Assembly: GCA_964485055.1 (NCBI GenBank)
Contig: CAZAHZ010000001.1
Coordinates: forward strand, 1-37,808
DNA from: an uncultured Candidatus Cloacimonadota bacterium
GTDB taxonomy: Bacteria; Cloacimonadota; Cloacimonadia; Cloacimonadales; TCS61
DNA: 37,808 nt
Direction: 5' to 3'
In this document: positions 1-9,879 of the stretch, piece by piece
Numbering within the stretch: the first letter of the stretch is position 1
Layout: each line of letters starts with the position of its first letter
Program-made: the position numbers and the translations under genes
The notes under the pieces: generated by a model
Databases searched by the model: none
Seen by the model: only the letters and a program-made list of their open reading frames with translations
What the model was told of the DNA's origin: nothing

Positions 1-51
1 AGATCTAAGCATTTATTAAAAATAATTATTACACCAATAACTGTTATTAGA

Positions 52-528
52 ATGGATCAGAAGGATAGCCATAGTACCACAGGTTTATGGGATACTGGTG
101 CATCAGGATCTATGATTACATCGTCTTTAGTTAAAAAACTTAAATTAATGCCGGTTGGAAAGATGGAAGTTCATGGTGTAAATGGGAAAAAAATTACTAA
201 TTTGTATTATGTTGTATTAGAGATTTACACAAACAGAGTGAAGATTAGATTAAGAGTATCTGAATGTGAAAAATTATCAAATACCGGAGCTGAAATGCTG
301 ATTGGTATGGATGTAATAATGTTAGGTGATTTTGCGATTACTAATTATAACAACAAAACTACAATGACTTATAGGATTCCTTCTATTAATGAAATAGATT
401 TTGTCAAAGATCACAACAATCGTCTGAAAATAATGAAAATGTCATCTGAATCTAAACCTGCGAGAAATGATAAATGCCCTTGTGGCAGTGGAAGTAAATA
501 TAAAAACTGCTGCGGTAAGGCTAAATAA
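52..528 (+). CDS. retropepsin-like (clan AA) aspartic protease domain protein with C-terminal SEC-C zinc-binding motif; possibly 5'-truncated by the window edge
   Basis: ORF track. Clan-AA signature GLWDTGASGSMI and flap-like MLIGMDVIMLGDF. The C-terminus CPCGSGSKYKNCCGKAK is a SEC-C (SecA C-terminal type) metal-binding motif. There is no SD before the ATG at 52, and the same frame is stop-free from nt 1 (..IITPITVIR-MDQ..), so the real start may lie left of the window. Confidence 0.7.
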   Translation: MDQKDSHSTTGLWDTGASGSMITSSLVKKLKLMPVGKMEVHGVNGKKITNLYYVVLEIYTNRVKIRLRVSECEKLSNTGAEMLIGMDVIMLGDFAITNYNNKTTMTYRIPSINEIDFVKDHNNRLKIMKMSSESKPARNDKCPCGSGSKYKNCCGKAK

Positions 529-904
529 ATAATAATTATAAATCACTTTCTATTCCCTATTAATCTTATTTCCATATCAGAATAATATCGTAATCAGCTT
601 GTAGTAATATCAAAGAATCTCAACCATTTTACATTCACTTCATATTTTCACCCATTTCCTAATAACAACTTAAATCCAGACCAGGATAATCTAGTTACAC
701 AATATTAATATCGGATTACTTCATCTATCCCAAATCCTGAATCACGAGAAGCAAGTTATCAGTCACACGTCCGCCGTCCCGACACAGCCGTTGATCGGGA
801 AGGGGGAAGAATGGAAAATATTTTTTGCGGATAAAAAAACTGGACGATAAATCTGGTGATTGACAATTGTAAATGCTGAAATATCTGAAAAGGAAGTGGA
901 ATAA

Positions 905-2008
905 ATGCGGAGAATAGATAGTAATGTTATAAAGTGGTATCTGATAATGATTTCGTCATTATTAATGTGTGGTGTTTTGGCGGGGAGTGAGTTACTTGAG
1001 CCTCAGATAGCTTTTAATCCCAGGACTTATGCAGTGCCTAAGATAGATGATTACATTTATATAGACGGGGAGCTGTCAGAAACAGAGTGGCTGTTTGCAG
1101 CCTGGACGGATCATTTTGTGGATATTGAAGGCGGAGACATGCCTGAGCCGAGACTAAAGACTCAGGTTAAGATGCTGTGGAATGACTATTATTTATATAT
1201 AGGAGCAAGGCTGGTAGATCCTCATATCTGGGGAACGCTGCAGAAGCGGGATTCGGTGATATTTCACGATAATGATTTTGAAGTATTTATAGATCCGGAC
1301 GGAGATACGCATAATTATTTTGAGCTGGAGATCAATGCGCTGGGCACGGTGTGGGATCTTTTGCTGCTGCATCCCTATCGCGAGGGAGGTCAGGTGGCAA
1401 TAGACAGTTGGGATATTCCGGGTCTGCAGAGCGGAGTATTTGTGGATGGGACGGTGAATGATCCTTTGAGCCGTGATAAAGCGTGGTATGTGGAACTGGG
1501 GATACCGTGGGACGTATTGGGCGAATGTGCCGGTCAGGTGCCGCCTAAGGAAGGCGATTACTGGAGAATGAATTTTTCACGCGTGCAATGGCAGCATGAA
1601 ATAGTGAATGATAAATATCAGAAAGTGGAAGGCACTAAGGAAAATAACTGGGTATGGAGTCCGCAGGGCGTGATCAACATGCATTATCCTGAGATGTGGG
1701 GTTATGTATATTTCTTTGAAGAGCTGCCCAGCAGCGATGGTAAGATGCAGGGATATATCGCGGAGGAGCAGGGGAAATGGGTATTGCGTCAATTATATTA
1801 CAAGATGTATAATTTTTATCAATTAAATGGATATTACACCAGCGATCTGGAAGCATTGGGATTTACGGATATTGTTGGTGGCACTTTTGATATGCCGCCT
1901 AAAATAGAGATAACAACCTCTATGTATGAAGCCAGTCTAACACGTCAGGGTTCACAGAAGATAATCCATATAGACAACATGGGCAGAACCTGGAATAGTA
2001 TAAAATAA
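905..2008 (+). CDS. secreted carbohydrate-binding family 9 (CBM9/DOMON-like) domain protein
   Basis: ORF track. SD-like AAGGAAG lies upstream. N-terminal hydrophobic signal-like segment (LIMISSLLMCGVLAG). The pattern DGELSETEW ... WNDYYLYIGARL ... HDNDFEVFIDPDGDTHNYFELEINALGTVWD is what I recognise as the CBM9-like fold. Family assignment is from memory only. Confidence 0.6.
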   Translation: MRRIDSNVIKWYLIMISSLLMCGVLAGSELLEPQIAFNPRTYAVPKIDDYIYIDGELSETEWLFAAWTDHFVDIEGGDMPEPRLKTQVKMLWNDYYLYIGARLVDPHIWGTLQKRDSVIFHDNDFEVFIDPDGDTHNYFELEINALGTVWDLLLLHPYREGGQVAIDSWDIPGLQSGVFVDGTVNDPLSRDKAWYVELGIPWDVLGECAGQVPPKEGDYWRMNFSRVQWQHEIVNDKYQKVEGTKENNWVWSPQGVINMHYPEMWGYVYFFEELPSSDGKMQGYIAEEQGKWVLRQLYYKMYNFYQLNGYYTSDLEALGFTDIVGGTFDMPPKIEITTSMYEASLTRQGSQKIIHIDNMGRTWNSIK

Positions 2009-2053
2009 AGAATTAACCCAGAAGGTGCCGGAAATAAATTAAAGGAGAGAATA

Positions 2054-3460
2054 ATGCAGGAACAGAAGCAAAAAAAAGAGAAAATCGAGGTAAATGTAAG
2101 CCGGGAATTCAGCAGATTTGATGATAGAGAAAGTAATAGATTAATTCTTCAATACCTGGCAATGGATCAGATTATCACAGAGATTTCGGAGCGGAAGTTG
2201 AATATTGCTCTGAAACTCAAGCATTTTAATAGCTGGTTAAATGCATTTCTATCGGGAAACTGGGACTTTGAATTTAATGCTGAGATGACAGAAGTTGTCT
2301 GCAGCTATCAGCCCTTGGATTTATCAGAATACAATGAACATCTGGTCAATCTTTTTGAAATGATCAGTGGTAATACAATTGATATAGAAACTATTGAACT
2401 TGAGATGATAAACATCGGAATAATAGTTAACAGTGAACCGGATACAACCGCTGAAAAGATTGGCATCAATGAGATGCAGTATATAAACTCTATACATAAG
2501 ATCAATGTTGTTTTGATAGTCTTGCATATTATCATGTCATTCCTGAAAGAGGATTTTGATGAGTGTCTGGAATTATGGAAGGAAGAAGAATTTTTTTATA
2601 AAGATGTAGAAGAATATTCACTAATAATTCATTTGATAAATATCTACTTAGACTTATTCCAGGGCAAAGCTGGTGAAGCTTTGGATTTAATAGAAGAATT
2701 TAGTAATGAAGTCGAAGAAGATGAATATAACACGGAATTAAAACCCGGGATATACCTGCTGACACTCAGATACTTGAACAGTAAGGATAAACAGGGCTTA
2801 AAAAGAATACTGCGTGATAAGACCTTTCCAGAGAGTGAAAAATTTTTATTATTATTTACTCTTTATCAACATTCCCATTTCGAAGATGAATATAAGGACA
2901 AGATAAGCTATCTGAATATGGCAAGGAAGTATGCCGGTAAAGAAATACCGCTTAATGCGATACTGATCAATCAGTATATTAAAATGGAAATGCCTAAAGT
3001 TGCGTTACATATTGCATCTGGACTGGAAAATAGTAACCCGGAAAACCAGGCGTTGCAATTCTTGAAATCGAAAGCTCTGATAAGTATTGGACATTTTCAG
3101 GAAGCCCTGGGATTATTAGATGGAATACTGGCAGATGGAAATGAAGACAATACGGATATGCTGGTGGAAAAAGGCATATGCCTGGTTGAGTTCGGCAGAA
3201 TAGACGAGGGAAAAGCGTGCTGGTTTAGAGCCTTGGAAATTGAGCCTGATTTTACTGAAGCTCTGTTAAACCTGGCAGCGTTTAACTATTTTGAAGCCAA
3301 AGATATGCGTCAGGCTTTGCATTATTTTCTGGCAGCAGAGAAAACAGGAGCCTTGCATTACGCCTATTATGAAGTCATAGCAGAAATATATGAGAAACTG
3401 GGTTTAATGATGAAAAAGCATGAATATCTGCTGAAAGCGGAACGTGCGGAAGACATGTAG
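2054..3460 (+). CDS. TPR-repeat protein (C-terminal TPRs, N-terminal region unknown)
   Basis: ORF track. Strong SD (AAAGGAGAG) upstream. The C-terminal ~150 aa show TPR-type repeats (GHFQEALGLLDGIL; GKACWFRALEIEPDFTEALLNLAAFNY; DMRQALHYFLAAEK). The first ~300 aa have no motif I recognise. Confidence 0.6.
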   Translation: MQEQKQKKEKIEVNVSREFSRFDDRESNRLILQYLAMDQIITEISERKLNIALKLKHFNSWLNAFLSGNWDFEFNAEMTEVVCSYQPLDLSEYNEHLVNLFEMISGNTIDIETIELEMINIGIIVNSEPDTTAEKIGINEMQYINSIHKINVVLIVLHIIMSFLKEDFDECLELWKEEEFFYKDVEEYSLIIHLINIYLDLFQGKAGEALDLIEEFSNEVEEDEYNTELKPGIYLLTLRYLNSKDKQGLKRILRDKTFPESEKFLLLFTLYQHSHFEDEYKDKISYLNMARKYAGKEIPLNAILINQYIKMEMPKVALHIASGLENSNPENQALQFLKSKALISIGHFQEALGLLDGILADGNEDNTDMLVEKGICLVEFGRIDEGKACWFRALEIEPDFTEALLNLAAFNYFEAKDMRQALHYFLAAEKTGALHYAYYEVIAEIYEKLGLMMKKHEYLLKAERAEDM

Positions 3461-3710
3461 AAACAGACTAAATCTTGAGCCCACTCCTAAAAGTCTATTA
3501 ACAACGAATAGCCTCCGATGATTAAGGCTCATCAAGAAAACGCGAATATCACGAACAAAAACTAATTATATGCCATGACTGTTTTTTTTAACTTATTTTA
3601 CATTATATAGATATGCTTTTTGTTTAAGTATATTTTTATTCTTTTTTGTGTGTTTCGTGCCTTTCGTTGTAGAAATATTATATTTATAGGTTTTTAGATT
3701 GGACTCAAAC

Positions 3711-5147
3711 TTAGAACTGGTAAAACAACCTGACAAAACTGTCCACCGGGTGCCGGTTGTTTTTATCAGGCAGATAATTATTGATCATAACGGTAAAGAC
3801 AATATCTTTATTCCTTCTGGTGGTCATATAACCGGAAATACATTCTATCCTGCTCATACTGCCAGTTTTCGCAAAAATACTCATATTCATAAGGTCGCTG
3901 CGTTCTGCCAGTGTACCATAACTGCCGGGCTGGGAAAGGCAGGAGCGGAACTCCGGGATATTGTTCATATAAAGCAGGGTTTTATTAAGAGCCGAAGGCG
4001 TGAGCAGGTTGTAGCGAGAGAGCCCGCAGGCATCGGCAAGACGATACTCTTTTTTTGTGACACCGATATTTTCGAGGAATACTTCCATTACCATGATAGC
4101 ATTATTAAAAGAGCCAAAACCGGTTTCCTGCCAGGCAATATGACGCAGAAGTGCTTCACCAGCCTGATTGTTGCTATCCTGCAGAAACTGCCTGATAACC
4201 AGCGAAAGCGGAGGTGAATAATGAGTGAACACGGGCTTAATATTCTCCGGTTTTTCGTTGAGGTCATCAATATCACGGGCATATCCGCTAATAGTAATTC
4301 CATTTTTTTCCAGAACAGCTTTTAAAAGCAAGGCATAGAAAAGAGTAGGATTGTTAGCGGTGATCATTTTAGCGTAACTTTTATTTTCAGTACTGTAATT
4401 TCCGTACACAGACAGGATATTAGTTCCGGTCATCCTGCGGGTATGAATCTGTTCCGGGAGAGAATCCAGATACGTAACTTTGTTCTGAAAAGTGAAATAT
4501 TCAAAGGGCAGATTGTCCATGATAGAAAATTCATCATCATCCTTATCAGGGGGATTAATAAAAAATTCCACAGTAGTGTTATCAACCATCAGTGGACCGA
4601 ATTCAGCCGCATAGGTAAAGCTGAGATCATCCCAAGCCCAGCCATTTCCCAGGTTCATTTCATCAAAAAGATTATCATTGCCGATAATATCACCGCGGAT
4701 TTCGCTGATGCCATGAGCGATAAGCGAATCTGCCCAGGCTGAGAATACAACCTGAGGATCAAGCCAGTGTCTTCTATCCAGCGTGGGATCGCCAGTTCCG
4801 GTTACGATAAGATTTCCGAATAAAATGTTATTGTGAGTAAAGCCGTCATAACCGATAAAAGTGGGCAGAAGGTAGTCTGGACCCAGGAATTTCCAGGCTG
4901 CGGCTGCAGTCACCAGCTTGAGTGTGGAAGCTGGCAGCATCAATTTATTTTGATGGTAGCAGAGCAGCGTGTCCGCATCAGTATCCTGGACAATAATCCC
5001 ATAAACAGCTTCGTGAGACAGCAGTTTTTCGATCGAAAGATCAGGCTGCTCCGGCTCCGGGATGAGATATACTATTCTCTTTCCGGAGCAGGAGACCATC
5101 AGCAGAATACTTATTGCTGCCATCAGGTAATTCACAATCATTTTCAT
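3711..5147 (-). CDS. dacB: D-alanyl-D-alanine carboxypeptidase/endopeptidase, PBP4 family (peptidase S13)
   Basis: ORF track. Lipoprotein-type signal (ISILLMVSCSG). Three penicillin-binding boxes are present in the right order: SxxK (PASTLKL), SxN (DSNNQAGE) and KTG (FAKTGSM). Size is typical of PBP4. Confidence 0.85.
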   Translation of the reverse strand: MKMIVNYLMAAISILLMVSCSGKRIVYLIPEPEQPDLSIEKLLSHEAVYGIIVQDTDADTLLCYHQNKLMLPASTLKLVTAAAAWKFLGPDYLLPTFIGYDGFTHNNILFGNLIVTGTGDPTLDRRHWLDPQVVFSAWADSLIAHGISEIRGDIIGNDNLFDEMNLGNGWAWDDLSFTYAAEFGPLMVDNTTVEFFINPPDKDDDEFSIMDNLPFEYFTFQNKVTYLDSLPEQIHTRRMTGTNILSVYGNYSTENKSYAKMITANNPTLFYALLLKAVLEKNGITISGYARDIDDLNEKPENIKPVFTHYSPPLSLVIRQFLQDSNNQAGEALLRHIAWQETGFGSFNNAIMVMEVFLENIGVTKKEYRLADACGLSRYNLLTPSALNKTLLYMNNIPEFRSCLSQPGSYGTLAERSDLMNMSIFAKTGSMSRIECISGYMTTRRNKDIVFTVMINNYLPDKNNRHPVDSFVRLFYQF

Positions 5148-5250
5148 ACATGCAGAAAGTTATGGACAAAGGGCGGAGTCAAGAGAATTCTAATTTGAAA
5201 ACAGGAACATTTTATGCTCTAAGTAAAATAAAATGTTAGAGAGATGAGTA

Positions 5251-7347
5251 ATGAGAAATAAAAAGATATTAACGGCAATAATGCTGTTGCCGTTCTTACT
5301 GCTGCTGGCTGAGCCGGAAGCTCCGGTAGCCGCAGAAAAACAGCATGAATTTGAGATACACGGTTACACCCTGGTTGACGAATTTAACTGGTTAAAGGAT
5401 AAAACCCGCAGTAACGCGGATGTCATTGCCTATCTGGAGTCGGAAAATCACTATACTGACGTAATGATGTCAGCAACAACCGGTTTACAGGACACACTTT
5501 ATCAGGAATTCCGCAGCCGTATCCCGGAAGAGGACTGTACTGTGCCCTACAAACTGGGAAGCTACTGGTATTACAGCCGGGAAGAAGCAGGAAAACAGTA
5601 TTCTATTTACTGCAGACGTCGGGGTAATATGAATGCGGCTGAGGAAATTTATCTTGATCTGAATGAACTGGCGGAAAGCAAAGATTATCTGGCAGTGAAC
5701 GGTATGAAAATATCAAGGGGAGAAGACCTGCTGGCATATCTGGCAGATTATAACGGCTCCGAAATCTATACGCTATATGTGAAGAATATTTTTACTGGAG
5801 AATTGCAGCCGGACAGCCTGGACAATGTTGATGACATCTGCTGGGCAAATGATAATGAGACGCTGTTTTATTGTACGCTGGATGAAGCGGGAAGAACGGA
5901 CAAGGTCTGGCGTCATCGGCTGGGAACGGATTTCAGTCGCGATGAATTGATCTTTTATGAAACCGATGATTCCTTTTATGCTTATGTATATCTGACTAAA
6001 AGCCATGAATTTATCATCGTGGGGTCTTCATCAAAAACCAGCTCAGAAATGCGGATACTCCGGGCTGATGATCCCTGGGGAGAATTGCAGATTGTTGAGC
6101 CAAGACGCCCGAATATCGAATATTATCTCAATCATCATGAAGATGAATTCTATGTTACAACCAACGAAACCGCCCCTGATTTCAAAGTTATGCGGGTTGA
6201 TGAAAATACTCCTCAGCGTCAAAACTGGCAGGAATTTATACCTTACCGCCAAAACGTCAGCTTCAACTTCTCGATCTTTAAAGACTATCTCATTCTCTTT
6301 GAAACTGAAAAGTATCAGGACAGGATCAGAGTGATCGGACTAATTTCCGGTGAAGATTACCTGATCATGCCTCCCAATAGCACGGCAAAACTATTTGCCG
6401 GCTTCATGCCCGAATATGACTGTGATAAATTACGCTATACTGTGGAATCCATGCAGACACCCTGGCAGACTTATGAATATGACCTCGTGACCAAAGAACA
6501 GAAATTATTGAAAGAGCAGGAAGTTTACGGCTACCATGACAGCATCTATGTGTCCGAGCGGATATTTGCCACAGCCGCTGACGGTGAACAGATACCTATC
6601 TCAATTGTCTATAACAATAAAGTATTCGAAAAGGATGGACAGCATCCGATGTTCCTGACCGCTTATGGTGCCTATGGAGATAACAGCAATCCCTATTTTT
6701 CCATCTCGAAAATGAGCCTGATGGACAGGGGCTACAGTTGGGCAATAGCCCATATCCGCGGTGGCGGAGAAATGGGCAGACGCTGGTATGACGAAGGCAG
6801 GATGATGCATAAGAAAAATACCTTCACGGATTTTATTGTCTGCACCGAATATCTGATTGCGGAGAAATATTCGTCTTCCAGCCGGCTCGCTATAGAAGGC
6901 GCCAGTGCCGGAGGACTTCTGATCGGAGCTGTGATGAATATGCGACCTGATCTGTTTCAGGTTGTCGTCGGTGATGTCCCTTTTGTGGATATGATGAATA
7001 CCATGCTCGACCCTTCGCTTTCTGCCACTGTCTCCGAATATGAGGAGTGGGGCAACCCCGACATTAAAAGCGAATTTGAGTATATGTATTCTTATTGCCC
7101 TTATTATAATGTCCGGGCACAGGATTATCCGAATATTCTCCTGCTGGGCGGTTTCCATGATCCGCGCGTTAATTACTGGGAACCGGCAAAACTGTGTGCC
7201 AGGCTGCGAAAATTGAAAACAGATGATAATCTGCTGCTGTTGAAGATCAATGACGCCGGACACGGTGGTTCTTCCGGCAGATATGACTATTTGAAAGAGA
7301 TTGCCTTTGAATTTGCCTTTATCATTGACAGGATAAGACAGAACTGA
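5251..7347 (+). CDS. ptrB: oligopeptidase B / prolyl oligopeptidase family serine protease (S9A)
   Basis: ORF track. Signal peptide, N-terminal propeller-like region, and a C-terminal alpha/beta hydrolase with nucleophile elbow IEGASAGGLLIG, Asp (GFHDPRV) and His (NDAGHGG) in S9 order. Overall it resembles protease II. Confidence 0.85.
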   Translation: MRNKKILTAIMLLPFLLLLAEPEAPVAAEKQHEFEIHGYTLVDEFNWLKDKTRSNADVIAYLESENHYTDVMMSATTGLQDTLYQEFRSRIPEEDCTVPYKLGSYWYYSREEAGKQYSIYCRRRGNMNAAEEIYLDLNELAESKDYLAVNGMKISRGEDLLAYLADYNGSEIYTLYVKNIFTGELQPDSLDNVDDICWANDNETLFYCTLDEAGRTDKVWRHRLGTDFSRDELIFYETDDSFYAYVYLTKSHEFIIVGSSSKTSSEMRILRADDPWGELQIVEPRRPNIEYYLNHHEDEFYVTTNETAPDFKVMRVDENTPQRQNWQEFIPYRQNVSFNFSIFKDYLILFETEKYQDRIRVIGLISGEDYLIMPPNSTAKLFAGFMPEYDCDKLRYTVESMQTPWQTYEYDLVTKEQKLLKEQEVYGYHDSIYVSERIFATAADGEQIPISIVYNNKVFEKDGQHPMFLTAYGAYGDNSNPYFSISKMSLMDRGYSWAIAHIRGGGEMGRRWYDEGRMMHKKNTFTDFIVCTEYLIAEKYSSSSRLAIEGASAGGLLIGAVMNMRPDLFQVVVGDVPFVDMMNTMLDPSLSATVSEYEEWGNPDIKSEFEYMYSYCPYYNVRAQDYPNILLLGGFHDPRVNYWEPAKLCARLRKLKTDDNLLLLKINDAGHGGSSGRYDYLKEIAFEFAFIIDRIRQN

Positions 7348-7386
7348 AATAAGCAGGATTAGAAATTTTGTTACAGGAGCGTTAGA

Positions 7387-9816
7387 TTGCAGCATCCGGT
7401 AGTTGCTTTTATAGATAGTTTTAATCTTATCCGGGTTACTATTACCCAGACTGATGAAAGAATAGCTTTCCAGGCTGAAAATTTTCACCTCCAGGATGAA
7501 AATGAAAACGAACTCAAGATAGTTTCTGCTGAAGTGGAACCGCAGGTTTTATACCTGACCGGTGTTTTCTTCAATTGGCTGCAGGTTCCCCAGGGAAAGA
7601 TGCTGTGGGATACTCAAAATCATTATTATTATTGTGAATTGCCGCGGGAACTGGTTGAAAATAAAAACTTTAAGTTTATTGAAAAGGGCTTTATCTGGTT
7701 TCCACATGGTGAAAACCTGATTGTTGACAGCCACGAAGGCTCGTTTCTCCAGAAAGGTTATCTCATCTGTGAAGATAAGGTGCGATTTATCCTCAAAAAT
7801 AAAATGTTCGGTTTTCAAAACTTCGAATTGATCCTCCGAACCAGTCAGAAATTAATGCCAGACCACAGTTATTTCCTCAATTACTGCTGCAGGAATAAGA
7901 TCAGATTGATCAATCGTGATATCTTCAATCAACCTGAATTCTACTATGAGAAAGATGATCTGGGCTTTAAATGGACTTCTTCGAAAACGGTCTTCAAGCT
8001 CTGGAGTCCCGTTGCAGATGAATTGAGAGTGTTGCTTTATAAGAATTCCACTGCCACTAAGCCAACCCTGACAAAAGAAATGCAAAAAAGCGAACATGGC
8101 GTCTGGGAAGCTGTTATTCCTAACAACTGGGAAAATTACTATTATCTTTATGAGATCAGGATTGACGAAAACACCTGGCGACAGATTGATCCCTACAGCC
8201 GGGCGTTATCGCTTAATAGTAAACGTTCCCTGGTCTTTGACGTCGGTAAAACCTTTCCCGAAGGCTGGCAGCAGCAAAAGGAACTTGTTCTGGAAAATCC
8301 TGCCGATGCCATTATATATGAGCTGCATATCCGCGATTTTTCCATCTCACCGCTCTGGCAGGGTCCGGAAGAATATCGTGGTAAATTCCTGGGACTCACC
8401 TGGTCAGGAGAACTTGAAGATAACGGTATTAAAGTTAAGATCGGCATCGAGCATCTCAGGGAACTCGGTATAAATATTATTCAGCTTTTACCGGTTTTTG
8501 ACTTCAACACTGTAGATGAGACCGGCAATGATAAGAATAAAATCCGCAACTGGGGTTATGATCCCGTGGCTTATAATGTCCCCGAAGGCAGTTATGCCGT
8601 GCACGCTGATGACAGCCGCAGGCTGCTGGAATTCCGCCAGATGATTATGGCTCTGCATAATAACGGCTTCAAAGTCGTGATGGATGTTGTCTATAACCAC
8701 ACGGCTAATGTGGGTACCTTCTCCTTTTTTGACACCTTTATGCCCGAATATTTCTACCGCATGGATAATGCCGGACATTATACCAATGGCTCTGGCTGTG
8801 GCAATGAGGTCGCCTCCGAAAAACCTATGGTTCGTAAATATATCCTTGACTCGCTGCAATACTGGCTGACGGAATATAAAATTGACGGCTTCCGCTTTGA
8901 TCTCATGGGACTGATTGACCTGGAAACCATGCAGCAGATAGTCACTCAACTCCAGGCAATTAAAAAAGATGTCCTCATTTATGGCGAACCCTGGGCGGGC
9001 GGAGCTTCTCCGCTGACCAATCCCGCCGTTACGGGCACTCAAAAAAATCTTGGTTTCGCTGTTTTTAATGACCACTTTCGTAACAGTCTGCGCGGTGACA
9101 CTGATGGCACTGCCAAAGGCTGGGTGATGGGTGCTCTGAATCTCAAAAACCAGGTTATTACCGGAATGATGGGCAGCATTGATGATTTCACGGCTTCGCC
9201 TTCTGAGACAATTAATTATGTCTCGGCTCACGATAACTACACCTGGTTTGACAAAATTGTCCATACCATGCCGGATGCCAGCCTGGAAACTCAGCTTAGA
9301 ATGGCACGTCTGGGACTGGCTATTGTCCTCACCAGTCAGGGTATTCCCTTCCTGCACGCCGGCTCAGAATTTATGCGCTCGAAAAGAATTCCCGGTGCCA
9401 GCGAAGATAACATCAGAAATTCCTATAAAGCATCCGATGAGATCAATAAAGTAGACTGGCAAAGCAAGATCACTTATTATAATTATTTCGATTATTTCAG
9501 GCACTTAATAGAAATCCGCCGGAAATATTCCGCCTTCCGTCTCACTGATACCCTCCAGATAAAAAAGCGGCTTATTATATTAAAAAAAGGCATTCCCGCT
9601 GAGGTAATAGCCCTCTTTATCAAGGGCATGGAAAAAGAAACCGACCTGATCATTATCCATAATCCCTTGCCAAAACACGCTGACCTTAAACTCCCCGATG
9701 GCATTTGGCGTATTATCTTCGATGATAATTTCCCTGATCTCCAGCAGCAAGCCCGTCACATAGACTCCAAAATCAAAATTCCCCCTATCTCCACCACCAT
9801 CCTCGAACTGGATTAA
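7387..9816 (+). CDS. pulA: type I pullulanase / alpha-1,6 debranching enzyme (GH13)
   Basis: ORF track. TTG start 7 nt after AGGAG (7375-7379). GH13 conserved regions: VVMDVVYNH, GFRFDLMG (nucleophile Asp), YGEPW (acid/base Glu), YVSAHDN. N-terminal module and size resemble AmyX/PulA type I enzymes. No signal peptide seen. Confidence 0.85.
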   Translation: MQHPVVAFIDSFNLIRVTITQTDERIAFQAENFHLQDENENELKIVSAEVEPQVLYLTGVFFNWLQVPQGKMLWDTQNHYYYCELPRELVENKNFKFIEKGFIWFPHGENLIVDSHEGSFLQKGYLICEDKVRFILKNKMFGFQNFELILRTSQKLMPDHSYFLNYCCRNKIRLINRDIFNQPEFYYEKDDLGFKWTSSKTVFKLWSPVADELRVLLYKNSTATKPTLTKEMQKSEHGVWEAVIPNNWENYYYLYEIRIDENTWRQIDPYSRALSLNSKRSLVFDVGKTFPEGWQQQKELVLENPADAIIYELHIRDFSISPLWQGPEEYRGKFLGLTWSGELEDNGIKVKIGIEHLRELGINIIQLLPVFDFNTVDETGNDKNKIRNWGYDPVAYNVPEGSYAVHADDSRRLLEFRQMIMALHNNGFKVVMDVVYNHTANVGTFSFFDTFMPEYFYRMDNAGHYTNGSGCGNEVASEKPMVRKYILDSLQYWLTEYKIDGFRFDLMGLIDLETMQQIVTQLQAIKKDVLIYGEPWAGGASPLTNPAVTGTQKNLGFAVFNDHFRNSLRGDTDGTAKGWVMGALNLKNQVITGMMGSIDDFTASPSETINYVSAHDNYTWFDKIVHTMPDASLETQLRMARLGLAIVLTSQGIPFLHAGSEFMRSKRIPGASEDNIRNSYKASDEINKVDWQSKITYYNYFDYFRHLIEIRRKYSAFRLTDTLQIKKRLIILKKGIPAEVIALFIKGMEKETDLIIIHNPLPKHADLKLPDGIWRIIFDDNFPDLQQQARHIDSKIKIPPISTTILELD

Positions 9817-9860
9817 TAATCAATATAAAAATCCTCCCAGACTAAGATAAACTCGAAAAT

Positions 9861-9879
9861 CATCCCGGATGCGGCGGGA
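9861..9879 (+). terminator. weak candidate terminator hairpin after pulA
   Basis: ATCCCG-GATGCGG-CGGGAT (6-bp stem) lies 45 nt after the pulA stop. The trailing sequence CACAATCTCATTTCC is only weakly T-rich. Confidence 0.25.

Noticed and set aside
766-812. GC-rich patch with the hairpin TCCCGA-N12-TCGGGA upstream of the CBM9-like gene, considered as a riboswitch or tRNA fragment.
   Set aside because: The stem is only 6 bp. There is no conserved riboswitch or tRNA motif (no T-loop GGTTCGA) and no second copy.
3535-3690. Weak inverted pair CGCGAATATCACGAACAAAAA (3541-3561) and TTTTTGTGTGTTTCGTGCCTTTCG (3643-3666) flanking an AT-rich core, considered as a MITE remnant or a third REPIN-like doublet.
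   Set aside because: The match needs a 4-nt bulge and is only about 70% identical over about 20 nt. That is within what I expect by chance in AT-rich DNA. It may simply be part of the convergent terminator region between the TPR gene and dacB.
6601-7488. Long antisense ORFs: 6601-7488 (-, 295 aa), 8488-9357 (-, 289 aa), 3699-4217 (+, 172 aa), 13038-13679 (+, 213 aa), 13343-14029 (-, 228 aa, alternative frame), 17855-18364 (+, 169 aa).
   Set aside because: All lie entirely within or opposite well-supported genes (ptrB, pulA, dacB, the Omp85 fusion, mtaB). Their composition is low-complexity and rich in Ile, Arg, His and Ser, with no motifs and no SD. They are shadow ORFs.
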